Shown: positions 15,310 through 23,948 of the stretch, in pieces
Layout of the letters: each line of letters opens with the position of its first letter
Numbering within the stretch: the stretch's first letter is position 1
Source: Verrucomicrobiota bacterium
GTDB taxonomy: Bacteria > Verrucomicrobiota > Verrucomicrobiia > Limisphaerales > JADLHS01
Direction of reading: 5' to 3'
NCBI GenBank assembly: GCA_025360895.1
Contig: JANYBF010000286.1
Coordinates: 1-45,323 of the forward strand
Length of the DNA stretch: 45,323 nt
Program-made: the position numbers and the translations under genes
The notes under the pieces: model-generated
Told to the model about the DNA's origin: nothing
Databases searched by the model: none
What the model saw: the letters and a program-made list of their open reading frames with translations, nothing else

Positions 15310-17991
15310 ATGAACTCCGCATTGAGCAATAGTCCGTTTTCTCGGAACCAAAACGCAAAAATGAAATTTCTGTCTCTAAACTTAACATGCTTGGCCTTGG
15401 CCGCAGCCTTGATGCTGGCTGCCGGTCCGGCTGGGGCCGCCAATCTGCTGGTTAACCCTGGCTTCGAGAACGGCAGCGGTCATGTCATCCCCGTGGGTTG
15501 GAAACGTTTTGCCCCCACCAACGCCCAACCTGCCGGCAATTATTGGGTTCAAGAGCCAGCGCATTCTGGCGGGGTCAGTTGGAAACAATGGGGCGCGGCG
15601 TATGTCGCGAGCCAAACCAATGTGGCCGGTTTGTCGCAAAGTTTCAGCAGCGCGCCCGGCTCAGTTTACCAAGCCAGCGGATGGATGTTTACGAAGAGCG
15701 GCGATACATTAGAGGCGGATTGCATGACTTGGGTGGAGGTTTCTTTCTTTGGGGCCAGCAGCAACCTGCTCGCGTTGTACGAGTCCGATAATTTCACTGC
15801 GGCAGCGGGAATGGATACCTGGCTGAAATACACGGTGACACAGGTATGTGATATTTCTGCGCCCCTTCCGCCCGGAGACCTGAATTATCCAACCTACGCC
15901 GCGACTGGTTCGGTAAGCCAAATTGTGGCGCCGATCGGAACGGCGACGGTTCGGTACCGATATGCGTATAGTCAGGCTGGGACGCAAGGCGGCTCCGCTC
16001 ATTTCGACGATGCCATCCTGGACCAAGTAAGCGGGCCGATCCCGCCGGTGATCAGCAGCCTTTTCCCGCTCAACCTGATCTTCGTCAATCCCAGTGACGG
16101 CATCACCTTCAACGCCAGCTCGCCGAGCGGTTTTACGATCAACAACAGCGGCATTCAACTGGTGGTGAATGGGGTGAATGTCTCCAGCAGCTTGGTGATC
16201 AGCGGTTCCACTTCGAACAAGAACGTGGCTTATTCTGGGCTCCAATCCAACCTGACTTACACGGCGTCCATTACGGTTACGGACAGCTTCAACTTCACGG
16301 CGAGTGCGAGCACCTACTTCGAAACCACCTGGGTTGGCATCGAACCGGTCACGGACCTGTGGGAGGCGGAAGACTTTGATTTTGACAGCGGAATGTACCT
16401 CAACAATCCCGAACTCTGCAGCACCGCTGGCAATCCCAACTGCTACTTCGGAAAAGTAGGCGTGGAAGGGGTGGACGAGCACAACTTGAATGCCGGCGGC
16501 AGCCACCAATACCGCCCGGATGATCTGATGGCCACCTCGGTTTCGGGCGACTATTTGCGCAAGAACCTTTTCGTTGCCGGCCGGCTCGATTACCGAATTG
16601 ACCCGTTCAACTTCAGCGAGTGGGTGAATTACACCCGCGACTGGCCAAGCAGCACCAACTGGATCATCGCCCGCCTCGCAACCGATGTCGGGCTTTCGGG
16701 AACGCTGACATTGAGCAAGGTGAACACCAACGACTTGACCACCACGGATTTGGGCACTTTCACGATTGCCAACGGTCGCGGGTGGAGCACTTTTGACAAC
16801 GTCTATCTCAAGGACACCAACGGCTTCCTCGCGAATGTGATCCTCAGCGGCAAGGAAACCCTGCGCGTCACCAGCGGCGGCAACCTCTTGCCGGGCTTTT
16901 TCATGCTCGTCGCGGCCCAAATAGATTTGCCGCAGTTGAGCAACCTTTATCCCACCGGCACGCAGCCGTTTGAGCCCACCAACGCGCTTAGTTTTACAGT
17001 GACCACGACTGGCGCCACCTTCCCTCCCAGCGGGATCAAGGTGAACCTGGACGGCAGCGACGTTTCCGCCAGCTTGGTCATTACCGGCTCAACGACGACG
17101 AGAAATGTGGTTTACCCCGGGATCCTGCCCAACGCGCCGCACACGGCAATTATTACCGTGACCAATTCCCTCGGTCACGGCATCAGCGTGACGAACCGCT
17201 TCGATACTTTCAGCCAAGGTAACTTCATGGTGGAAGCGGAGGATTTCGACTTTGAAGGCGGGCATTACGTTAGTGTTTGGGAGCCGGAGGCGTATTCAGG
17301 ACTGGGGGCCACTACCAACATTGACTTCCAACACAGCCCTTTTGTCCCTGAGCAGTTCAAGTATCGGGCCGACGGCGGCGGCATTCCCGAAGACCTTACC
17401 AAAGATACGTTGCGCGATGTCTTCATCAATGTGGGTGCGTTTGACTATGACCTGACTTGGTTTGGAAACGGCGACTGGGCCAACTACACAAGAGTTTATC
17501 CGACGGGCAACTTCTATGTGTATGGGCGGTTTTCTGGCCTGGACGGCTACTCGATGTATCTGGACCAGGTCATCAGCGGGGCCGGAACGACTGGTCAAGT
17601 GACCAAGCGGCTTGGTCGCTGGGGCATTGTTGGACGTGGGTACAACGTTTATGATTGGGTGCCGTTGACGGATGACGGGCTGGCCGCGCCGGTCGTAGTA
17701 AAGTTAAACGGTCTCGGCACGCTGCGGGTGGCAACCACCGGCAACAGCAATCCGAATTACTTCATGCTGGTACCTACCACCGGCGTCTCCTTGTCGGCGG
17801 GTCGCTCGGGCAACAATGTGGTCATTTCCTTTCCGACCCAGTCCGGCGTGATCTATCGGGTATTTTATCGGGCTAATTTGACGGCGGGCAATTGGGTGCT
17901 CCTAACCACCGTGATCGGTGATGGAACGGTCAAACCCGTGAATGACCCAGCGACCCCAACCGGACGGTTCTACCAGGTCGTCGCACCCTAA
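15310..17991 (+). CDS. secreted multi-CBM/Ig-like glycan-binding protein
   Basis: The signal peptide is MKFLSLNLTCLALAAALMLAAGPAGA, with an alternative start ATG at 15361. ANLLVNPGFENG opens a CBM4/9-like module. Two tandem ~290-aa modules follow, each with an Ig-like part and an EAEDFDF...W(V/A)NYTR CBM6/35-like part. The C-terminus is a ..RFYQVVAP module. Confidence 0.7.
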   Translation: MNSALSNSPFSRNQNAKMKFLSLNLTCLALAAALMLAAGPAGAANLLVNPGFENGSGHVIPVGWKRFAPTNAQPAGNYWVQEPAHSGGVSWKQWGAAYVASQTNVAGLSQSFSSAPGSVYQASGWMFTKSGDTLEADCMTWVEVSFFGASSNLLALYESDNFTAAAGMDTWLKYTVTQVCDISAPLPPGDLNYPTYAATGSVSQIVAPIGTATVRYRYAYSQAGTQGGSAHFDDAILDQVSGPIPPVISSLFPLNLIFVNPSDGITFNASSPSGFTINNSGIQLVVNGVNVSSSLVISGSTSNKNVAYSGLQSNLTYTASITVTDSFNFTASASTYFETTWVGIEPVTDLWEAEDFDFDSGMYLNNPELCSTAGNPNCYFGKVGVEGVDEHNLNAGGSHQYRPDDLMATSVSGDYLRKNLFVAGRLDYRIDPFNFSEWVNYTRDWPSSTNWIIARLATDVGLSGTLTLSKVNTNDLTTTDLGTFTIANGRGWSTFDNVYLKDTNGFLANVILSGKETLRVTSGGNLLPGFFMLVAAQIDLPQLSNLYPTGTQPFEPTNALSFTVTTTGATFPPSGIKVNLDGSDVSASLVITGSTTTRNVVYPGILPNAPHTAIITVTNSLGHGISVTNRFDTFSQGNFMVEAEDFDFEGGHYVSVWEPEAYSGLGATTNIDFQHSPFVPEQFKYRADGGGIPEDLTKDTLRDVFINVGAFDYDLTWFGNGDWANYTRVYPTGNFYVYGRFSGLDGYSMYLDQVISGAGTTGQVTKRLGRWGIVGRGYNVYDWVPLTDDGLAAPVVVKLNGLGTLRVATTGNSNPNYFMLVPTTGVSLSAGRSGNNVVISFPTQSGVIYRVFYRANLTAGNWVLLTTVIGDGTVKPVNDPATPTGRFYQVVAP

Positions 17992-18092
17992 ATCGGCGGG
18001 GGACGTACCTGTGGGTTGCCGTGCCGGCCCGGTGGCCGTTAAACGGACCCGTCGGCAGTGACCGCTTAAAGTCCAGTTAGCCCTGATCAGAT

Positions 18093-19910
18093 ATGAAACG
18101 CACGCTTGCCTGCCAGATGCTCTTACTGACGTTCACGGTTCTCACCGCAGTCGCCATCGAAGCTCCAATCGGACTGGTCAGCCGGACCGGGGATCGCAGC
18201 ATCGTCTTGCATTGGGATCGGAATAGTGAACCCAATCTTTCAGGCTATCGTGTTTATCGTTCGCCCAGCAGTGACGGGCCATTCGTCGTGCAAAGTCCAA
18301 ACTTGGTGTCATCGGCGGGTTTCTGTGATCTCAGTGTGGGCGTGGTAAATGGGCAGACGAACTTCTACCAAGTCACCGCAGTGACCACGACCGCGCAGGA
18401 GAGTCTCCCTTCGGCTACCTTGGCTGCCGTGCCGCAGGTCTTTGCGAGTGATGATGAATTCCTTGATTACGTTCAGCAGTGCAACTTCGATTACTTTTGG
18501 TACCTGGCGAATCCGAGCAATGGCTTGGTTCCGGATCGGAGCGCGACCGGTTCCCCTTGCAGTATCGCGGCGGTGGGGTTTGGACTGACCGCCATCGGGA
18601 TTGGCATTGATCACGGCTGGATCTCGAGAACGCAGGGCGTGGCGCGGGTGCTGACGACCTTGAACACCTTTCTCCAAGGACCACAAGGCACCAATACCTC
18701 GGGGACGATTGGGTACAAGGGTTGGTTCTATCATTTTCTGGATATGAACACGGCCTTGCGCTCGCCCGCCTCGGAGCTGTCGTCCATTGATACGACCTTG
18801 TTGCTGGCGGGAATCCTCTACGCCAAACAGTATTTTGCCGGCACCAACACCGATGAAACCACCATTCGGACGATGGCGGACACAATATTTAATCGCTTGG
18901 ATTGGAATTGGATGGCCCAAGGGACGAACGTTGTGTCAATGGGCTGGTTCCCACCCGGAAATTTTATCGCGAACAATTGGGTTGGCTATAACGAAGGGAT
19001 GCACCTCTACTGTCTCGGCTTGGGCGCCGCGACCAATCCCTTGCCCGTTTCGGCGTGGAGTCGTTGGACCAGCGGCTATACTTGGGCCACAAATTACGGT
19101 CAGGCTTTTGTTCCGTTTCCTCCTTTGTTCGGGCACCAATACTCCCATTGCTGGATAGACTTTCGCCATCTGGCGGATGCCTACATGAACAGCCACAACA
19201 GCACCTACTTCCAGAACTCGCGGCGGGCGACGCTGGCTCAGCGGGCGTACTGCGTGGCCAACCCACTGAGCCACGTCGGCTATGGCAGCAATGTCTGGGG
19301 ATTGACTGCCTGTGACGGGCCCACGGGCTACGCTGCGCGCGGGGCCCCGCCGGCGGAAAATGATGATGGGACAATTGCTCCCACTGCGGCGGGAGGATCA
19401 ATCGCGTTCACACCTGAGTACTCTTTGCCCGCCTTGCGCCAATTCTACAGCTACCGAAAAAACATCTGGACGGCTTATGGCTTTCGCGACGCGTTTAACT
19501 TGGGCCAGCAATGGTATGGCCCCGATGAGCTGGGAATTGATCAAGGTCCCATCGTCATCATGATTGAGAATTATCGCACGCAGCGCGTCTGGCGGCTCTT
19601 CATGCGGAATGAGGAGGTGCAACGTGGTTTGCAACGGGCGGGTTTTGTCCCGCTGGCCTTCGCACCACCCAGATTACAGGTTCAGCCCGAACAAAACTCT
19701 TTCAACCTGGCTTGGGACTCTCAAGCGGGCCGCACTTATCAGGTGGAGTATTCCCCTGACCTTGACACCTGGCTGGCATCGCCAACTGGCGAATTAATCG
19801 CCCCCGGCCTTGCCACAAGCTGGACCGATGGCGGTCCGCCCGCCACCGCTACCGTGCCGTTCGCTGTGCCCCAAAGATTCTACCGTGTTTTCCAGCTCGG
19901 TTATCCGTAA
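18093..19910 (+). CDS. glucoamylase-family / GH144-like (beta-1,2-glucanase type) glycoside hydrolase with FN3 domain
   Basis: It has a signal peptide and an FN3-like segment (LSGYRVYRS...FYQVTAV). The core FDYFWYLANPSNGLVPDR..SIAAVGFGLTAIGIG..GWFYHFLD..SSIDTTLLLAGILYA fits the PF10091/GH144 (alpha/alpha)6 family. The C-terminus is a ..RFYRVFQLGYP module. Confidence 0.65.
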   Translation: MKRTLACQMLLLTFTVLTAVAIEAPIGLVSRTGDRSIVLHWDRNSEPNLSGYRVYRSPSSDGPFVVQSPNLVSSAGFCDLSVGVVNGQTNFYQVTAVTTTAQESLPSATLAAVPQVFASDDEFLDYVQQCNFDYFWYLANPSNGLVPDRSATGSPCSIAAVGFGLTAIGIGIDHGWISRTQGVARVLTTLNTFLQGPQGTNTSGTIGYKGWFYHFLDMNTALRSPASELSSIDTTLLLAGILYAKQYFAGTNTDETTIRTMADTIFNRLDWNWMAQGTNVVSMGWFPPGNFIANNWVGYNEGMHLYCLGLGAATNPLPVSAWSRWTSGYTWATNYGQAFVPFPPLFGHQYSHCWIDFRHLADAYMNSHNSTYFQNSRRATLAQRAYCVANPLSHVGYGSNVWGLTACDGPTGYAARGAPPAENDDGTIAPTAAGGSIAFTPEYSLPALRQFYSYRKNIWTAYGFRDAFNLGQQWYGPDELGIDQGPIVIMIENYRTQRVWRLFMRNEEVQRGLQRAGFVPLAFAPPRLQVQPEQNSFNLAWDSQAGRTYQVEYSPDLDTWLASPTGELIAPGLATSWTDGGPPATATVPFAVPQRFYRVFQLGYP

Positions 19911-19929
19911 ACCGGTCAGCGGCCTCATC

Positions 19930-19961
19930 AAAAAAAAGACACTCGCTCACTTGCGAGTGTC
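19930..19961 (-). terminator. rho-independent terminator of the PEP-CTERM gene
   Basis: On the minus strand the hairpin is GACACTCGC-aagtga-GCGAGTGTC (9-bp perfect stem, 19938-19961), followed by T8 (19930-19937). It lies 44 nt downstream of the stop at 20005. It may also act on the convergent plus-strand gene. Confidence 0.75.
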
Positions 19962-20004
19962 CCGTTGAGTTTTAACCGGCTGTTCCTTTCTGACTTGATG
20001 CGGA

Positions 20005-20811
20005 CTAACGCTTGCGGCGGAAGGCTAACAGGCCAAATAACCCCATCCCTACCAAGGTGAACGTGCCAGGCTCGGGAATCACAGTGTAAGTCGTATCGGT
20101 GAACACCGCATTAATAAAGTCGCCGTTGGCGTTGGCGCCCCCTTGCGCGTAAACCCCCAGTTGGAAATTAAGCGGTCCGCCTTCCAGGTTCGACCACACC
20201 AGCGGACCGGTAGTTACGACGCCGGCACCATTATCAATAAAGAACTCAATGGTGTCCGGGATGCCACCGATACCATCGCCACCAGCAATTTGCTTGATGC
20301 CAAGGAGAATGGAAGTGCCGGGCGTATAACCGTTGCTACTGCCATTGTTGCCAAAGCTGTGGAACGGACCACCGAAAGTGACGATCTCGCCGGCATCGGA
20401 GTTGACTAGAAACAGCATCTCGCCCGTGATTGGGCTATTGATGCGGATGCCAGCCTCTTTTCGAGGAGCATTGAAACCGTCGGTCAGCGTGAGTCGCGTC
20501 GTGAAGATAAAGCTGTCGTCAATACCGAAGTTATAGGCCGTTAACCCGCCATCGCCCGAGGCCAGCATGTCATGCCGATTGGCACCGCTGAAAGCTCCGG
20601 TGAACTGATCGTTGATCGTAATCGTCGCCGGATTGGCATTGATTGGCGCTGCGGGCGTGATTGTGAGCGTTGAGAGCGGGTTGTCGTTAAACACCCGTGG
20701 GCTGGTGTAATAACCGTCGATGGTAACGGCCTGAGCATTTGCGGCCGCAAGGCCGATCAGGGTCGCACAACAGCACCGCTGGAAGCAGGTCGTATTTGTG
20801 ATGGTTGTCAT
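20005..20811 (-). CDS. PEP-CTERM sorting domain-containing protein
   Basis: The N-terminal signal ends ...LIGLAAANAQA. The C-terminus VIPEPGTFTLVGMGLFGLLAFRRKR has the PEP motif, a TM helix and a basic tail. Confidence 0.9.
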   Translation of the reverse strand: MTTITNTTCFQRCCCATLIGLAAANAQAVTIDGYYTSPRVFNDNPLSTLTITPAAPINANPATITINDQFTGAFSGANRHDMLASGDGGLTAYNFGIDDSFIFTTRLTLTDGFNAPRKEAGIRINSPITGEMLFLVNSDAGEIVTFGGPFHSFGNNGSSNGYTPGTSILLGIKQIAGGDGIGGIPDTIEFFIDNGAGVVTTGPLVWSNLEGGPLNFQLGVYAQGGANANGDFINAVFTDTTYTVIPEPGTFTLVGMGLFGLLAFRRKR

Positions 20812-21111
20812 AGGCTGAGTTTATTGCTACACGGGTTGACGAGGGAGCATTGTGGGGCGCACTCAGCCGGTGTCAAGCCCCCTTTCTGGAAAGGAATGTC
20901 CGCAAGGAGAACATCGGATGCGATTGACAACGATTATCCCAACCTCGAAGAATACGTGATCTCATTAACGCCAACCCAAAACCGAAGATGAAACTAACGC
21001 GCCGACAATTCATTGGGAAAAACCACGGTGACAGTCATTCGTTGGGGGGGCAGATGGCAGAAGGGCTTTGAAGTTCCGCAGTTTGCCTGAGAATCGAAAG
21101 CATCTCGAATT

Positions 21112-22455
21112 ATGAAAACGAGTCAAACCCCTCCAAGCCCGAACCCCACTGCCGTTTCCCGGCGCGATTTTCTGCGCGCTACCCGCAACGTTGCTCTCCT
21201 CGCCGGCCTTGGCGTTGCCGGCCCGAATATCTTTCTGAATCGCACCAAAGCCGCCACCGGCCAGAATCCCAGTGAATTCATTCGCGTCGGGTTCATCGGC
21301 ACGGGCGGGCAGGGCAACAGCAATCTTCAGGCGCTGATGAAGAACGCCGTTGCAGTGTGCGACGTGGATCAGACCCGTGCACAAACCGCCAAGGAGCGCG
21401 TTGAGAAAGCCAATGGCCGGCCCTGTGCCGTGTTTGGCGACTATCGGAAGATGCTCGAGGACAAATCCATTGACGCCGTCCTCATCAGTACGCCCGATCA
21501 CTGGCACACGTTGCCGGCGCTCCACGCGTGCGAGGCCGGCAAGGACGTGTATTGCGAGAAACCACTTACGCTCTTCATTGACGAGGGGCGTGTATTGGTG
21601 GATGCGGTGCGCCGCACCAAACGCGTCTTCCAGACGGGCAGTCAGCAACGTTCGGATGCCAAGTTCCTCACGGGCTGCGAATATGTCCGCTCCGGTCGCC
21701 TCGGAAAAATAAAGACGGTCAAGGTGGGTCTGCCGGAAGTGAATTATTTGGAACGGGCCACCAAGCCGCCGGTCATTCCTGACAGCCAACCGCCGGCGGG
21801 ACTGGATTATGACCTGTGGCTGGGTCCGGCACCGCAGCGGCCCTACAACCAGAATCACGTTTTCTATCTGTTCCGCTTTTTCTGGGATTACTCCGGCGGC
21901 CAGATGACCAATTTTGGCGCGCATCACCTCGACATCACGCAATGGGGGTTGGGCATGGACGACAGTGGCCCCGTGGAAATCGAAGGCGCCGCCACTTACA
22001 ATCCGGAAAAATACTACGAAACCCCGCAAACCTTCGATGTCGCTTACAAATATGCCAACGGCACCGTGGTGCTGTGCAACGGCGGCAGCGACAAGTACCG
22101 GGGCGGCACTACGTTCGAAGGTGAACACGGCACCATCTTTGTCAGTCGTGGCAATGTCGAATCAACTCCGGACGATATCCTCACCCAGCCGTTGGACGAC
22201 AAGGCGATCCGCCTTTACGCCAGCACGGATCATCACCAGAACTGGCTCGACTGCATCAAGAGCCGCCAGGACCCAATCTGCAACGTCGAAATCGGACATC
22301 GCTCCGCCACCGTCTGTCATCTGGGCAATATCGCCATTCGTACCGGCAAAAAAGTTCGCTGGGACCCGAAGAAACAGGAAGTGGTGGGCGATGCCGAAGT
22401 TGCCCAGTGGGCCAGCCGACCTTATCGCGCGCCGTGGAAGCTGCCGCCGGTTTGA
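21112..22455 (+). CDS. Gfo/Idh/MocA family oxidoreductase with twin-arginine (Tat) signal
   Basis: SRRDFLRATRNVALLAGLGVAG is a Tat leader. RVGFIGTGGQG is the Rossmann motif, and EKPLT is typical of the Gfo/Idh/MocA N-terminal domain. Confidence 0.85.
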   Translation: MKTSQTPPSPNPTAVSRRDFLRATRNVALLAGLGVAGPNIFLNRTKAATGQNPSEFIRVGFIGTGGQGNSNLQALMKNAVAVCDVDQTRAQTAKERVEKANGRPCAVFGDYRKMLEDKSIDAVLISTPDHWHTLPALHACEAGKDVYCEKPLTLFIDEGRVLVDAVRRTKRVFQTGSQQRSDAKFLTGCEYVRSGRLGKIKTVKVGLPEVNYLERATKPPVIPDSQPPAGLDYDLWLGPAPQRPYNQNHVFYLFRFFWDYSGGQMTNFGAHHLDITQWGLGMDDSGPVEIEGAATYNPEKYYETPQTFDVAYKYANGTVVLCNGGSDKYRGGTTFEGEHGTIFVSRGNVESTPDDILTQPLDDKAIRLYASTDHHQNWLDCIKSRQDPICNVEIGHRSATVCHLGNIAIRTGKKVRWDPKKQEVVGDAEVAQWASRPYRAPWKLPPV

Positions 22456-22553
22456 CCGGATGACCTAACGGTCTTTTCCGAAGCAGCGGTTAGTGGGTAA
22501 GTGTTCCGACGTCTGGCCTCTGGCTTCTGATTTCGGACTTCCATTCGCTGTTC

Positions 22554-23942
22554 CTATCGAGCCACCGGCACGGCATTGATTTTGATTTCTTGGCCGGTCT
22601 CGAATTGCGCGCGCCCGTTGATGAAGGAATTCTGCAACTGCGCCGGGAATTGCGTCGGAAGCTTCTGCCAATCCTCTTTTAGGTCACTGCTGACTTTGAC
22701 AGATTGCGCCTCGACCGGCTGGTTGGTCATCTCCACAAAACTCCACGTAAACACGACGTTCTGATTTAGCGTGCGATTCGTGCCGGCAACCCGGTAGAAG
22801 TTATTCTGCGCCTGCTGCTGGGGAACGGACGTTGCCGCGGTAGGAAGTTGGTTCAATTTGCCGCCGCTCTTGAACGACTGCACCGCTTGTTCCTTCTTGC
22901 TGCCGCCGGTGTCCGCCTGGATCGCTGGCGGTAGATCCGTCTCGCCAACATAGGTTGAGCCATCGCTATCCACCACCCGCAGTTGCCGGCCCGTTTGCTC
23001 GATGCGGAAATTCGCAAGCACCGGTGAAACGGGCGTGGCAGAAAAGTCCTTGGCGACTTTTTGCTTGAGCGCTTCCGGCGCAAGATTGGCAAACGACTGG
23101 GAATAGGATTGCGCCCGGTCCCGCTCGAAGCTGTCGTTGCGCGCCAGGGATGCGGGTGGGCTTGCCGCTTCCAGCACGGGTGCGGCCGATTGGAGTCGAG
23201 GGTCGAGGGTCGAGGGTCGAGGCGCCGACGTTACTTTGGGTCTCGGTTCTACGCTGACGACTCTCGACGGGCTTGGTGCCGGGGCCGCCGAACTGGTTAG
23301 GTTCAACTTATCCGCCGGTTGCGTAGCTCGGAGGCCATAGCGCGCTGAATTACCTTTTGCTTCAGCCGCATCCGCAAGTGCAGCCACCGACTGGTTCGTT
23401 GCGGTGACATACGCCAGGGCCCGTTCGGCGCGGCGGGTCTCACCCGCAATGCCATTGGCAGCGAGGCTGGGTGTCGGCTGATTTAACGACCGGGCCGGGG
23501 CTATGTCGGTCGCCAGTTCTGAGTCTGATGTCTGGAGGCTAACGTCAGCGACGGAATCGGCGGCTTTAGGCTTTGGACTTGAGACTTGAGACTCTGACGC
23601 TGCGGCTGCTTTTTGATCTGACGCCGGGCCGAGCGCGAGTTGTTGGGTCGCTGGCCGGTCGAGCAATGACCACAAGCCGATGGCAACCAGCGCGAACAAC
23701 GGGACCGCCCACGCGAGCCTGGGAAAATTATGAGTCAAAAATTCAAAACTAAAAAGCCGGCGACCCTCCTCCCGCAGCTCCGGCCTTTGTAATTTTGAAT
23801 TTTGAATTTTGAATTGGCTTGCGACCTCGCCCTGCAACAACCGCCGGGTGGCAGGGTGCATTTCGACCGGCGCCCCCGCTTCGTCGCGACGTTTCTTCGC
23901 GTAGCGGCGGAGCAGTTTTTCAATTGGCCGATCGTCGTTCAT
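22554..23942 (-). CDS. putative anti-sigma factor / membrane-anchored regulator
   Basis: It starts 6 nt downstream of the ECF sigma gene. It has a ~90-aa cytoplasmic N-terminus, one TM helix (LAWAVPLFALVAIGLWSLL), an Ala/Ser/Pro-rich linker and a C-terminal extracytoplasmic domain. No HxxxCxxC zinc motif was seen. Confidence 0.6.
   Translation of the reverse strand: MNDDRPIEKLLRRYAKKRRDEAGAPVEMHPATRRLLQGEVASQFKIQNSKLQRPELREEGRRLFSFEFLTHNFPRLAWAVPLFALVAIGLWSLLDRPATQQLALGPASDQKAAAASESQVSSPKPKAADSVADVSLQTSDSELATDIAPARSLNQPTPSLAANGIAGETRRAERALAYVTATNQSVAALADAAEAKGNSARYGLRATQPADKLNLTSSAAPAPSPSRVVSVEPRPKVTSAPRPSTLDPRLQSAAPVLEAASPPASLARNDSFERDRAQSYSQSFANLAPEALKQKVAKDFSATPVSPVLANFRIEQTGRQLRVVDSDGSTYVGETDLPPAIQADTGGSKKEQAVQSFKSGGKLNQLPTAATSVPQQQAQNNFYRVAGTNRTLNQNVVFTWSFVEMTNQPVEAQSVKVSSDLKEDWQKLPTQFPAQLQNSFINGRAQFETGQEIKINAVPVAR
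23195..23222. repeat. heptanucleotide tandem repeat (GTCGAGG)x4 inside the anti-sigma ORF
   Basis: There are four perfect head-to-tail copies. They encode PRPSTLDPR on the minus strand. Confidence 0.95.
23791..23816. repeat. heptanucleotide tandem repeat (AATTTTG)x3 plus a partial copy inside the anti-sigma ORF
   Basis: There are three perfect copies (23791-23811) followed by AATTG. They lie in a local AT-rich island encoding QFKIQNSKLQ, just before the TM helix. Confidence 0.95.
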
Positions 23943-23948
23943 TGGCAG

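Noticed and set aside
15709-16920. 403-aa antisense ORF inside the 893-aa secreted-protein gene, plus similar ORFs at 33091-34167 and 34882-35895 inside the giant gene
   Set aside because: The sense frames contain repeated, recognisable domains and run uninterrupted for 2.7 and 5.4 kb. The antisense ORFs are Arg/Gly/Val-rich with no motifs.
21010-22128. 372-aa ORF antisense to the Tat-signal Gfo/Idh/MocA gene
   Set aside because: The plus-strand frame carries clear family motifs. The antisense translation is low-complexity with no motifs. It is a shadow ORF.
23195-23222. Short direct repeats considered as a possible CRISPR or minisatellite array
   Set aside because: The units are 7 nt, contiguous and without spacers, and they lie inside a coding region. 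They are microsatellite-type repeats, not CRISPR.
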